The position numbers were made by a program, and so were the translations under genes. The notes under the pieces were generated by a model that searched no databases, was not told the origin of the DNA, and saw nothing but the letters and a program-made list of their open reading frames with translations. This document shows, piece by piece, positions 20,953 through 30,041 of a DNA stretch of 64,000 bases (within the stretch, counting starts at the first letter, position 1; every line of letters begins with the position of its first letter). The stretch comes from Candidatus Microbacterium stercoravium. GTDB lineage: Bacteria; Actinomycetota; Actinomycetes; Actinomycetales; Microbacteriaceae. The stretch spans positions 49,092 through 113,091 of the forward strand of contig DXAM01000140.1 in NCBI GenBank assembly GCA_019117025.1, given 5' to 3'.

Positions 20953-21713
20953 TGTCAGGAACGCTGCAGCAGACCTCGAAGAAGACGCCGGCGATCATCG
21001 TCGATCGCGTCACGAAGCGCTTCATGAAGCGCAACACGCACTCTCTCAAAGAGGGGTTCGTCAGCTGGACGAAGCGGAAGAAGGTGCGCGCCGACCACTT
21101 CGACGCGCTCCAGGACGTCAGCTTCCAGATCGGTGAGGGCGAGGCCGTCGCGGTGCTCGGCTTCAACGGATCCGGAAAGTCGACGACGCTCAAGATGGTG
21201 TCCGGCGTCATGGCGCCCGACGCGGGCCGCGTCTTCACGAAGGGGCGCATCGCGGGGCTCATCGAGGTCGGTGCGGGCTTCCACCCCGAGCTGTCGGGGC
21301 GCGAGAACGTCTACCTGAACGCCGCGATCCTCGGGATGAAGAAGCACGAGATCGATGCGAGGTTCGACGACATCGTCGCCTGGAGCGAGATCGGCGACTT
21401 CATCGACCAGGAGGTCAAGCACTACTCGTCGGGCATGTTCATGCGCCTGGCGTTCTCCGTCGCGATCCACGTCGATGCCGATGTGCTGCTCGTCGACGAG
21501 GTGCTGTCGGTCGGCGATGCGCCGTTCCGCGAGAAGTGCAACCGCAAGATGAAGGAGCTCACGGAGCGGGGCGTGACGATGCTCATCGTCAGTCACAACA
21601 TGGGCACCGTGCAGGAGCTCTGCACGCGCGGCATCGTCATCCACGAGCACAAGGTGCTGTTCGACGGCCCGATCGCGGAGGCCGTGAAGGTCATCCGCGA
21701 GACGCCGCACTGA
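20952..21713 (+). CDS. Polysaccharide export ABC transporter ATP-binding protein (Wzt/TagH/RfbE-like), copy 1
   Basis: ATG shares 1 nt with the permease stop. Walker A GFNGSGKSTTLK, signature YSSGMFMRLAF, Walker B LLVDEVLSVGD. No C-terminal carbohydrate-binding extension. Confidence 0.88.
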   Translation: MSGTLQQTSKKTPAIIVDRVTKRFMKRNTHSLKEGFVSWTKRKKVRADHFDALQDVSFQIGEGEAVAVLGFNGSGKSTTLKMVSGVMAPDAGRVFTKGRIAGLIEVGAGFHPELSGRENVYLNAAILGMKKHEIDARFDDIVAWSEIGDFIDQEVKHYSSGMFMRLAFSVAIHVDADVLLVDEVLSVGDAPFREKCNRKMKELTERGVTMLIVSHNMGTVQELCTRGIVIHEHKVLFDGPIAEAVKVIRETPH

Positions 21714-21725
21714 GCGGCGCTCGCC

Positions 21726-22634
21726 CTACTTCCCGAACTTGGCCTTCAGCACGCGCAGCGCGCGTTCGGGGAGGCTGTAGCGCGCGATGTCGTCGCGGAT
21801 GCGCGCCTCGACGTCGACCAGTCGCTGGTCGATGAACTTCGTGAGGTAGAGGGGCAGGCCCGGGCCGTTCTCGGCGACCCACGCGCGCAGGGCCTCGTCG
21901 CGCAGCTGTGCGTCGACGGCCGCGTGATCGGTGCTGCTCGAGATCACGCTGTTGCCGTCGGACCCGGCAGAGGAGGGCCGCTGGTGCCAATAGGCGTACG
22001 GCTTCTTCGCATCGAGGTATTCGAGCGGGCCCTTCGTGAGCACCTTCATCGTGAAGCTCCAGTCGCCGACGACGGGCAGGCGCTCGTCGTAGAGGCCGAG
22101 CTCGTCGTGCAGCGTGCGGCGGTAGACGAACCCGATCGGCACGAACCGGTTGTGCAGCATCGTGTCGCCGAGCGTCGGCGCCGCCAGATGCGGCTGGAAG
22201 ATCTCGCGGCCGAGCTCGACGTAGTCGCCGCCCTCGACCTTCTCCCAGACGATCTCGATCTTCGACACGACGCCCCCGCGTGCAGCGTTCTTCTCGCTGT
22301 CGAGGTACCGCACGGCCTCTGCGAGGAACGACGGATGCCACGAATCGTCGTCGTCGTGCAGCACGAGGTAGGGAGCGGTCGTCATCGTCACGCCCGCGTT
22401 CGCACTGGCCCACCGCCCGTGGGACTCCTGCCGATGGAGCACGCGCACCTGCTCGCGGAACGCCTCGGGAACGCGCGCGACCATCGCGTCGACGCCGGCG
22501 GGGTCGCCGCCGTCGTTGATGATCACGCACTCCCACTCGGTGAGGGTCTGCGAGCTGATGCTGCGCAGCGCCCGGTCGAGGAACCGCGGACGGTCCTTCG
22601 TGCGAACGACGATCGCGACGCGCGGCTCGTTCAT
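21726..22634 (-). CDS. Glycosyltransferase family 2
   Basis: VAIVVRTKDRPRFLDRALRSISSQT and LVLHDDDDSW (DxD). The ATG overlaps the ugd stop (ATGA). Confidence 0.82.
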   Translation of the reverse strand: MNEPRVAIVVRTKDRPRFLDRALRSISSQTLTEWECVIINDGGDPAGVDAMVARVPEAFREQVRVLHRQESHGRWASANAGVTMTTAPYLVLHDDDDSWHPSFLAEAVRYLDSEKNAARGGVVSKIEIVWEKVEGGDYVELGREIFQPHLAAPTLGDTMLHNRFVPIGFVYRRTLHDELGLYDERLPVVGDWSFTMKVLTKGPLEYLDAKKPYAYWHQRPSSAGSDGNSVISSSTDHAAVDAQLRDEALRAWVAENGPGLPLYLTKFIDQRLVDVEARIRDDIARYSLPERALRVLKAKFGK

Positions 22635-23932
22635 CGGCCCATGCCGGTGTAGGTCCAGCCCGCGTTGCGCCAGGCGGTGGGGTCGAGGATGTTGCGGGCG
22701 TCGAACACGACCGGGCGGGCGACCTTCGTCGCCGTGTCTGCCGGGTCGAGGCGTTTGAACTGCTTCCACTCCGTCGCGATCACCACGGCCTCGGATCCCT
22801 CGAGCGCCTCGTCCAAGGACGCGGCGTAGTTCAACTGGGGGTGGGCATTCCGGGCGGTGTCCATCGCTTCGGGATCGTAGGAGACGACCTCGGCGCCGAG
22901 GCCCTTCAGCTGCACGGCCACGTCCAACGCGGGCGAGTCGCGGATGTCGTCGCTGTCGGGCTTGAAGGCGAGGCCGAGGACGGTGACGCGGTGGCCGTAG
23001 ACGGGTCCGTCGAAGCTGTCGACGACGCGGTCGACGACGTGCTGGCGGCGGCGGAGGTTGATCTCGTCGACCTGTTTCAAGAACGCGACGGATTCGCCCT
23101 TGCCGAGCTCTTCGGCGCGGGCGGCGAAGGCGCGGATGTCTTTCGGGAGGCACCCGCCGCCGAATCCGATGCCGGCGTTGAGGAACTTCCTCCCGATGCG
23201 TTCGTCGTGTCCGATCGCGTCGGCGAGCTGGGTGACGTCGGCGCCGGTGACCTCGCTGATCTCGGCCATGGCGTTGATGAAGCTGATCTTCGTGGCGAGG
23301 AAGCTGTTGGCGGCGACTTTCACCAGTTCCGCGGTGGGCTGGTTGGTGACCAGGCGGGGGGTGCCGCGTTCGAGGATCGACGCATACACCTGATCCAGGG
23401 TGGCGACGTCTTCGTCGTGTGTGGCATCTGTGACGCCGTAGACGAGCCGGTCGGGGTCGACGGTGTCTTTCACGGCGAAGCCTTCGCGGAGGAACTCCGG
23501 GTTCCACGCCAACCGCACGCCTTCGCGGGCGGCGAGTTGCGTCAGTCGGGCGGCGGTGCCGACGGGGACGGTGGATTTGCCGGCGATGAGGGATCCGGGT
23601 TTGGCGTGTTCGAGGATGCCGGCGGTGGCGGCATCGACGTAGGTCATGTCGGCGCCTTGCCCGTCACGGCGTTGCGGGGTGCCGACGCCGATGAAGTGGA
23701 CTTCGGCGTCGGCGAGGTCGGCGTAGTCGGTGGAGAACGTCAGCCGGCCGGAGGCGAGGCCGGTTCGGAGGATCTCGTCGAGTCCGGGCTCGTAGAAGGG
23801 GGTTTCCCCGGCGGAGAGCTTCGCGATCTTGGCCTGGTCGACGTCGATGCCGACGACGGTGTGGCCGAGGGACGCCATCGAGGCGGCATGGACCGCACCG
23901 AGGTACCCACATCCGATCACGCTCAGCTGCAT
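22631..23932 (-). CDS. ugd: UDP-glucose 6-dehydrogenase
   Basis: MQLSVIGCGYLGAVHAASMASLGHTVVGIDVD Rossmann N-terminus, preceded by an AAGGAG SD. Full UDP-glucose/GDP-mannose dehydrogenase architecture. The track ORF (to 24268) is an extension. Confidence 0.88.
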   Translation of the reverse strand: MQLSVIGCGYLGAVHAASMASLGHTVVGIDVDQAKIAKLSAGETPFYEPGLDEILRTGLASGRLTFSTDYADLADAEVHFIGVGTPQRRDGQGADMTYVDAATAGILEHAKPGSLIAGKSTVPVGTAARLTQLAAREGVRLAWNPEFLREGFAVKDTVDPDRLVYGVTDATHDEDVATLDQVYASILERGTPRLVTNQPTAELVKVAANSFLATKISFINAMAEISEVTGADVTQLADAIGHDERIGRKFLNAGIGFGGGCLPKDIRAFAARAEELGKGESVAFLKQVDEINLRRRQHVVDRVVDSFDGPVYGHRVTVLGLAFKPDSDDIRDSPALDVAVQLKGLGAEVVSYDPEAMDTARNAHPQLNYAASLDEALEGSEAVVIATEWKQFKRLDPADTATKVARPVVFDARNILDPTAWRNAGWTYTGMGR

Positions 23933-24020
23933 GGGGATCTCCTTCGTCAGGGATGCGCGTGCCCGTCGGCACACTCCCCTTATCCTGCCACGCGCCGCCG
24001 TCGCATATCCTGGTGCGGAC

Positions 24021-25739
24021 ATGACCGGATCCGCACACGACGACACCGCGCCCCTGCTGTCGGTCGTCATTCCCACGCACAACGTCCGCCCCTGGCTGCG
24101 GCAGGCACTCGATTCGGTGCTGCGCCAGCAGGCGGATCTCGAGGCGATCGTCGTCGACGACCGGTCGGACGACGGCACGCTCGACCTCGCCCGCGAGGTC
24201 GCCGAGCGCGACCCGCGCGTGCGCGTCGTGGCTTCGACCGGCGCGGGCGGCGGGTCCGCGCGCAACACCGGGGCGGAACTCGCGCGCGGTCGTTATCTGA
24301 TCTTCGCCGACGGCGACGATCTGATCCCCGACGGCGCGTACGCCGCGCTCGTGTCGAGCCTCGAAGAGAGCGGATCCGACATGGCCGTCGGCGACTACAT
24401 CAAGTTCCGCGCCGTCGACACCTGGCGCCCGACGGCGGCCATGCCGGCCTTCGCACAGCCCGCGCAGCGGATCACGCTCGCCGACGCGCCGACGCTGCTG
24501 TTCAGCAGGCCGTGTTGGAACCGGGCGTTCCGCCGCGACTTCTGGTCATCGAGCGGCATCCGGTTCCCGGACGTGCCGCGCTCGAACGACATCGTGCCGA
24601 TGGTCCGGGCCCTGGTCGGCGCCTCGTCGATCGACGTCGTCGACGACGTGGTCTACGTCTACCGCGAGCGGCCGGGGAGCGGATCGATGACGGCGCGCGC
24701 GGGAGCGGCGACGAGCCTCGACAGCTACCTCACGCAGGAGACGGAGTGCGCGGCGCTCGTGCGAGCGACCGGTGACGCCGGCCTCGCGGCCGTGTTCGCC
24801 GACCTCATATGGGACCGCGACGCATTCGTGGCCGTGAACCGCTATCTGCTCGCGTGGGAGTCGCCGTCGGAGGGCGACAAGGTCATCGCCTCGCGCCTGA
24901 GGGCGCTGCTCGACATCGTGCCGGCGCCCGACGGGGCGGATCCGCTGCGACGCCTCGCCCTCACCCTGGCCGCAGACGGTGCGTTCGCGGCCGGTCACGC
25001 CGTCTCGCGCGTGGCGGGCGGACACCCCGAGGGCGCGGATCCCGCGGAGGAGCGCGCGGACCTCGTGGCGACGTGGCGCGCGCTCGTCGCGGAGCTCGAT
25101 CGGCGCGGCCCGGGCGACGCCGAGCGTGCGCTGATCGTAGAGCGCCTGTCCCGGCAGCTCGCGCAGCCGCACACCGGCCGGCCCGAGGCGTGGCACGCCC
25201 TCGTCGACGAGGCCGAGCGGGTGCTCGGCGCGCGCGTGCGTCTGTTCGCGGCCGATGCGTGGCAGGATCCCGCGACGCACGCCGACCGCGTCGCCGCGCG
25301 CGAGCGCACGGCCGCGCGAGCGCACGGCCTGGCGGGAGGCGACCTCCTCGCGATCGATGGAACGGTGTCGCCCGACGCGGGCGCGGTGGAGATCGCGCTC
25401 TTCGACGGCGAGGCGAGCCTCGACAGCGGCACGCCGCGCCTGATCCGCCCGGTGAGCACCACCTGGCGCACGGCGCGCGACGGCGTGCGCACCTGGTCGG
25501 CGGCGTTCCCCGCGCACGAGCTGCCGCTGCACCGCCCGCTCACGCCGGTCGCGACCGCGGACGGCGCGATGTGGAACGTCGACGCCGCCTTCGAGCTGCC
25601 CGCCTTCTCCCGCCGCGACGCGTTCCTCTACGACATCGTCGACCGGATCCTCATCGTGCGCCGCCGGCGCAGCTGGGTCGTGCGGGGTGCGGTCTCGGCC
25701 GCCCGCCGCGCTGTCACCGCGCTGCGGCGCGGCCGGTGA
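24021..25739 (+). CDS. Glycosyltransferase family 2 with about 320-aa uncharacterised C-terminal domain
   Basis: LLSVVIPTHNVRPWLRQALDSVLRQQ, VVDDRSDDGT and IFADGDDL. I did not recognise the C-terminal half. Confidence 0.8.
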   Translation: MTGSAHDDTAPLLSVVIPTHNVRPWLRQALDSVLRQQADLEAIVVDDRSDDGTLDLAREVAERDPRVRVVASTGAGGGSARNTGAELARGRYLIFADGDDLIPDGAYAALVSSLEESGSDMAVGDYIKFRAVDTWRPTAAMPAFAQPAQRITLADAPTLLFSRPCWNRAFRRDFWSSSGIRFPDVPRSNDIVPMVRALVGASSIDVVDDVVYVYRERPGSGSMTARAGAATSLDSYLTQETECAALVRATGDAGLAAVFADLIWDRDAFVAVNRYLLAWESPSEGDKVIASRLRALLDIVPAPDGADPLRRLALTLAADGAFAAGHAVSRVAGGHPEGADPAEERADLVATWRALVAELDRRGPGDAERALIVERLSRQLAQPHTGRPEAWHALVDEAERVLGARVRLFAADAWQDPATHADRVAARERTAARAHGLAGGDLLAIDGTVSPDAGAVEIALFDGEASLDSGTPRLIRPVSTTWRTARDGVRTWSAAFPAHELPLHRPLTPVATADGAMWNVDAAFELPAFSRRDAFLYDIVDRILIVRRRRSWVVRGAVSAARRAVTALRRGR

Positions 25740-26813
25740 TCACGCCGCGCCGGCGAGCGAGGCGAGCATCGCGGAGTACTGCCGCGAGATGTCCCACGGC
25801 GCGATCGGGGCGAGGAACGCGTCGAAGTCGCCGTCGGTCAGACCGGCGAACGGATCATCCGCGAGCAGGTCGGCGATCGACGATTCGGGATCCGCCGGGT
25901 CGAAGAACCTCACCCAGGGCTCGCCCGCGAACTGCTCGCGCAGGTGCGCATCGCCCGGCAGGATCACCGGAACGCGGAACGTCGCCGCGAGGTGCACCGA
26001 GCCGGAGTTGAGGATCGCCCGGTAGGGGAAGCACGCGACGTCCGCGGCCCGGAACCAGCGCGCGATGTCGGCGTCGTCGACGAAGCCGAGGTGCGAGATC
26101 GTGCGCTGCTCCGTCGGCAGCGACGCGGCGAACTCGGCGCGGGGCATCTCCTTCACCGCCCCGGCCAGCATGAGCACGAGGTCGCCGCCGCGGCGCGCGT
26201 TCGCGCGGGCGGTGGCGCGGGCGAGGTCGTCGACGCCCTTGTACGGCCGGATCTGGCCGAGGAAGAGCACCGCGCGCTCGTGCTCGCTGATCTCGAACGA
26301 CGCGCGCGCCTGTGTGCGCGTGATGCCCGTGTCGTACACGCCCTCGTAGCTGGGGTGCGCGATCTGGCGGATCTTCCGCGGATCCACGGTCGCGACGTCG
26401 CTGATCGCGGCGGGGGTGTGCGGGGCCATGATGTGGATCGCGTCGGCCGAGCTCGCGAGCAGCCGATACAGCCTGACTTCGAGCTCCGGGAATGTGAGCT
26501 CGTGGGGGAGGCGGTTGTGCACCGTCCACACGAGCTTCGCGCCGCGGGAGCGCAGCCCCGCGAACAGCCGCTCGAGGCGCGCCACCCGACGCGCGGCTTC
26601 GGCCTCCGACTGCGCCTGCTGCGCGATCGGCGTGGTCCAGTGCACGTGCAGCGTGTCGCCGCGGCCGAGGCGAGCGGCCCCCGCGACGAGATCGTCGAAG
26701 GTGTGGGCTCCCGTCACCTCGAACCCGTCGGCCCGCGCCGACAGTTCGATCAGATTGAGGAACGCATTGTTCAGATACGCCGGAAACACGAGCACCTGGG
26801 GGCCTGATCGCAT
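25740..26813 (-). CDS. GT-B fold glycosyltransferase (GT4-like), paralog A
   Basis: 357 aa. Shares LHVHWTTP, LVWTVHNRLPHE, GQIRPYKGVDDL and FPYRAILNSGSVHLAATF with the ORF at 45781-46854. Confidence 0.75.
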   Translation of the reverse strand: MRSGPQVLVFPAYLNNAFLNLIELSARADGFEVTGAHTFDDLVAGAARLGRGDTLHVHWTTPIAQQAQSEAEAARRVARLERLFAGLRSRGAKLVWTVHNRLPHELTFPELEVRLYRLLASSADAIHIMAPHTPAAISDVATVDPRKIRQIAHPSYEGVYDTGITRTQARASFEISEHERAVLFLGQIRPYKGVDDLARATARANARRGGDLVLMLAGAVKEMPRAEFAASLPTEQRTISHLGFVDDADIARWFRAADVACFPYRAILNSGSVHLAATFRVPVILPGDAHLREQFAGEPWVRFFDPADPESSIADLLADDPFAGLTDGDFDAFLAPIAPWDISRQYSAMLASLAGAA

Positions 26814-26826
26814 GGGGACGATCTTA

Positions 26827-26867
26827 GGCGCGATCCGCCGAGCGCACGGCGACCGGCGGATCGCGCC
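26827..26867 (-). terminator. Hairpin terminator immediately 3' of the CocE/NonD hydrolase gene
   Basis: 14-bp perfect stem GGCGCGATCCGCCG (26827-26840) / CGGCGGATCGCGCC (26854-26867). Confidence 0.55.
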
Positions 26868-26868
26868 C

Positions 26869-28902
26869 TCACACGAGGTCGCGGGGGATCGCAGTGCTCC
26901 AGCTCTTGGACGCCACCCGCCGCTCGCCCTCGTACGCGTCGAGCTCCGCGTGCAGCACGAACTCGGTGGCCGTGGACGTCAGCACTGTTCTCGTGGTCGT
27001 GCGCACGTTCCAATCGTCGCGTTCGAATCCGAGGATCCAATCGGTCTCGCCGCGGATCGAACCGAAGTCGCCGGCGGTGAAGCTGTACTGCTCGTACGCG
27101 CGTCGGATGACGGCGAGGTCGATGCCCGGGAAATGCACGACGCCGAGGTCCTTGACGACGCGCAGCGTTCCGGTGAGGTCGACCATGTTGCGGTGCACGC
27201 TCCAGTCCTGTTCGCCGGGCTGCAGCTGGCGCACCTCGATCGGCTCCGCGCCCTCGGGCTCGCCGAACACGGGCACGAGGGACGCGTCGTCTTCGTGCTG
27301 CGCCGGGCGCACCGGCAGCACGAGGGCCGACTCGTCGGGGAAGACCGTGAGCCGCACCGGCTCGGGCGACGGCCACACCACCGGCCAGTACGACGTCGAC
27401 ACCGCCAGCCGCAGGCGATGTCCCGCAGGGAACGACTGCGCCATGCCGTTCAGCGGCACCGACACGGTCAGTTTCTCGCCGGGCTCGAGCGGCCGCGGAT
27501 CGTCCGACCCGCGGTGATGGTTGAGGTTGAGGATCCCGTAGCTCACGCGGGTCGCCTCGCCGTCCGGGGCGATGTCGGAGAGCCGCACGGCGACCATCGC
27601 GACGGGCCGGTCGACGCTCAGGGTGAGCTCGGCGGTGGGGGCGCCCAGCAGCTCGAGGCGCTCCGCCAGCGCGTCGCTGTCGAAGACCATCGACCCGCCG
27701 TCCTCCTCCCGCTGGTCGTTCGGCATGTCGGGCGGCGCGTTGTACGAGCACCACTTGCCGGCGAACTGACCGACCGAGAGCGGCGATTGCACCGACAGCA
27801 CGGGCGTCGGCGCGTGGGGAGCGTCCGGGCGCCGGATGTGATGCCAACCGAGCGGGTACCGCGATGGGACGATCCGCGGGCTCGGCCAGCCGGGTTCGCC
27901 GACCCAGCGCCCGGGGCGGTCCTCGTAGGTGGTGGCCGGCCGTGCCGCATCCTGCATCCAGATGCTGAGGGCCGGCCCGCTCATCGCGCCGCCATCGCGA
28001 TCGTCCTTCAGCCAGTGGTCCCACCACGCGACGACCTCCTGCAGGAATCCGATCGCGGGCCCCGGCTCGCCGAGATGCGGGTACTTGTGGCTCCATGGCC
28101 CGATCAGCCCCCTCGTCGGCACATCCAGCTCTGCGAGCAGGCGGAACACGGCGTTGGAGTACCCGTCGGCCCAGCCGCTCACGGCGAAGACGGGAACCTG
28201 AACGGCCGAATAGTCCTCGTCGATCGACCCGTGCCGCCAGTAATCGTCGCGGTGCTGGTGGCGCAACCAGGTCTCCAGCCACAGCCCGCTGTTCTCGAGC
28301 CGGTCCAGCCACAGCTCCCGCCAGTTCTCGCCGACGACGGCCGGGTCGGGCGGGCAGGAGTTGTACGCGAACATCGTGGACGCCCACGACAGGTTGTCGC
28401 TGAGGAGGCACCCGCCCATGTAGTGCACGTCGTCGGTGTATCGGTCGTCGGTGGAGCAGACGGTGACGATCGCGCCGAGGCTCGGCGGCTGGCGGGCCGC
28501 GATCTGCAGGGCGTTGAAACCGCCCCACGAGATGCCCATCATCGCGGTGCGGCCGCTGCACCACGGCTGCTGCGCCATCCAGGCCAGCACCGCCTCGCCG
28601 TCCGACAGCTCCTGCTCGAGGTACTCGTCGGTGAGCACACCCTCCGAGTCGCCGCTGCCGCGCAGGTCCACGCGCAGGCACGCGTACCCGTAGCCGGCCA
28701 TGTACGGGTGATGGATGGAATCGCGCTGCGCGGTCAGGTCCCGCTTGCGATACGGGATCATCTCCAGCACGCCGGGAACCGGATCGTCGTCAGACGACAC
28801 CGGACGCCACAGGCGCGCGGCGAGACGAGTGCCGTCGGGCAGGGGGATCCAGAGGTGCTCCTCCTCCGTGATCTCGTTCGGCAGAGCGGTGACGGTGCGC
28901 AT
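26869..28902 (-). CDS. CocE/NonD family hydrolase (peptidase S15 / X-Pro dipeptidyl-peptidase-like alpha/beta hydrolase)
   Basis: MRTVTALPNEITEEEHLWIPLPDGTRLAARLWRP, nucleophile elbow MMGISWGGFNALQ, and a C-terminal jelly-roll-length extension. The ATG shares 1 nt with the ATP-grasp stop and follows GGAAGGAG. Confidence 0.85.
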   Translation of the reverse strand: MRTVTALPNEITEEEHLWIPLPDGTRLAARLWRPVSSDDDPVPGVLEMIPYRKRDLTAQRDSIHHPYMAGYGYACLRVDLRGSGDSEGVLTDEYLEQELSDGEAVLAWMAQQPWCSGRTAMMGISWGGFNALQIAARQPPSLGAIVTVCSTDDRYTDDVHYMGGCLLSDNLSWASTMFAYNSCPPDPAVVGENWRELWLDRLENSGLWLETWLRHQHRDDYWRHGSIDEDYSAVQVPVFAVSGWADGYSNAVFRLLAELDVPTRGLIGPWSHKYPHLGEPGPAIGFLQEVVAWWDHWLKDDRDGGAMSGPALSIWMQDAARPATTYEDRPGRWVGEPGWPSPRIVPSRYPLGWHHIRRPDAPHAPTPVLSVQSPLSVGQFAGKWCSYNAPPDMPNDQREEDGGSMVFDSDALAERLELLGAPTAELTLSVDRPVAMVAVRLSDIAPDGEATRVSYGILNLNHHRGSDDPRPLEPGEKLTVSVPLNGMAQSFPAGHRLRLAVSTSYWPVVWPSPEPVRLTVFPDESALVLPVRPAQHEDDASLVPVFGEPEGAEPIEVRQLQPGEQDWSVHRNMVDLTGTLRVVKDLGVVHFPGIDLAVIRRAYEQYSFTAGDFGSIRGETDWILGFERDDWNVRTTTRTVLTSTATEFVLHAELDAYEGERRVASKSWSTAIPRDLV

Positions 28903-30011
28903 CAGTCTCCTTCCTCGGCGATCTCCTCGGCGGACGGAACGCGATCGACGACGCCGCCGGAGAAGGTCCGCAGCAGCCACTTGCCCGCCGTCGCGAACGC
29001 GCCCTGCCTGCGGGAGAGGGCGCGCGGATCCCGCCCGAGCGCGAGGTCGACCATGAAGGCGTGGTTGGGGATGCCGTCGACCATCTCGAACAGCAGCGCG
29101 TGCGATTGGGAGTGCCGGGCGTTGATCTCAAGCAGCGTGAGGGTTTCCGCCTCTGCGTCCCAGAAGTATTCGATGTTGAACGTGCTGTGGTCGAGCCCGA
29201 TCGCGGTGATCACGCGGCGCGACACGTCGGCCATGTAGTTCTGGATGTGCGGGGGAACGCGCGTCGAGGGGTACTCGTACCGCAGAAAGCTCGAGGTGCC
29301 GGGGTACGTGATCGAATCGACCACCCCGTAGATCTCGACCTCCCCGTCGTCGGCATAGCCCTCCACGGTGACCTGCGCCCCCGTCGCCGCCTCCTCCACG
29401 AGGCACACGTCGGTGCCGATGCGCGCGATCTCGGGAGGCAGGTCGAGCATGTCGAGGACGTCGTTGAAGGGGCCTCCCATGCGTCCCACCTGATCGCGCT
29501 CGAGGGCGATCGCCGCCGTCAGCTGCTCGTCGTCCTCGACATGGTGCGCGCCTTCGGACGACGCCGACTTGATCGGTTTGATCCAGACCGGGTACTCGAC
29601 GCCGTGGGGGAGTTCGGCACGCTCGTCGGAGAGGTCGAGCAGCGCGAAGCCCGGGATCTCGTCGATCACGTCGCGCTGCACCAGACGCGACCAGTATTTG
29701 TGCTCGCAGGTGACGACCGACTGGAGCGAGGCGGAGGGGAGTCCGCGTTCTCGGCAGAGCACGGGCACCATCATCGTGACGGGGAAGTCCCAGTAGCCGG
29801 CGATGGCGTCGATCGGCCCGTCGAACGCGTCCAACAGGCTCCGCGCCCGATCGAGCAGGTCGGGCACCGAGACGACGCCCTGCTGCAGCTCGTCCTGGGT
29901 GAGCAGCGGGTGGAACGTGTAGCGCTGCGCGTCGGGCATGCGCTCCAGCACGGGATCTCCCGCGTATCGCGAGCGCGGCGAGAACCAGCGCGACAAGATT
30001 CTCCGTGACAC
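28902..30011 (-). CDS. ATP-grasp domain protein (carboxylate-amine ligase-like)
   Basis: YWDFPVTMMVPVLCRERGLPS, CEHKYWSRL, YPVWIKPIKSASSEG and LLEINARHSQSH. Start is uncertain: GTG 30011 or ATG 29939. The 955-aa track ORF is a shadow extension over the LGFP gene. Confidence 0.75.
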   Translation of the reverse strand: MSRRILSRWFSPRSRYAGDPVLERMPDAQRYTFHPLLTQDELQQGVVSVPDLLDRARSLLDAFDGPIDAIAGYWDFPVTMMVPVLCRERGLPSASLQSVVTCEHKYWSRLVQRDVIDEIPGFALLDLSDERAELPHGVEYPVWIKPIKSASSEGAHHVEDDEQLTAAIALERDQVGRMGGPFNDVLDMLDLPPEIARIGTDVCLVEEAATGAQVTVEGYADDGEVEIYGVVDSITYPGTSSFLRYEYPSTRVPPHIQNYMADVSRRVITAIGLDHSTFNIEYFWDAEAETLTLLEINARHSQSHALLFEMVDGIPNHAFMVDLALGRDPRALSRRQGAFATAGKWLLRTFSGGVVDRVPSAEEIAEEGD

Positions 30012-30041
30012 AATCGAGTCACATCTGTCACACTGATATCC

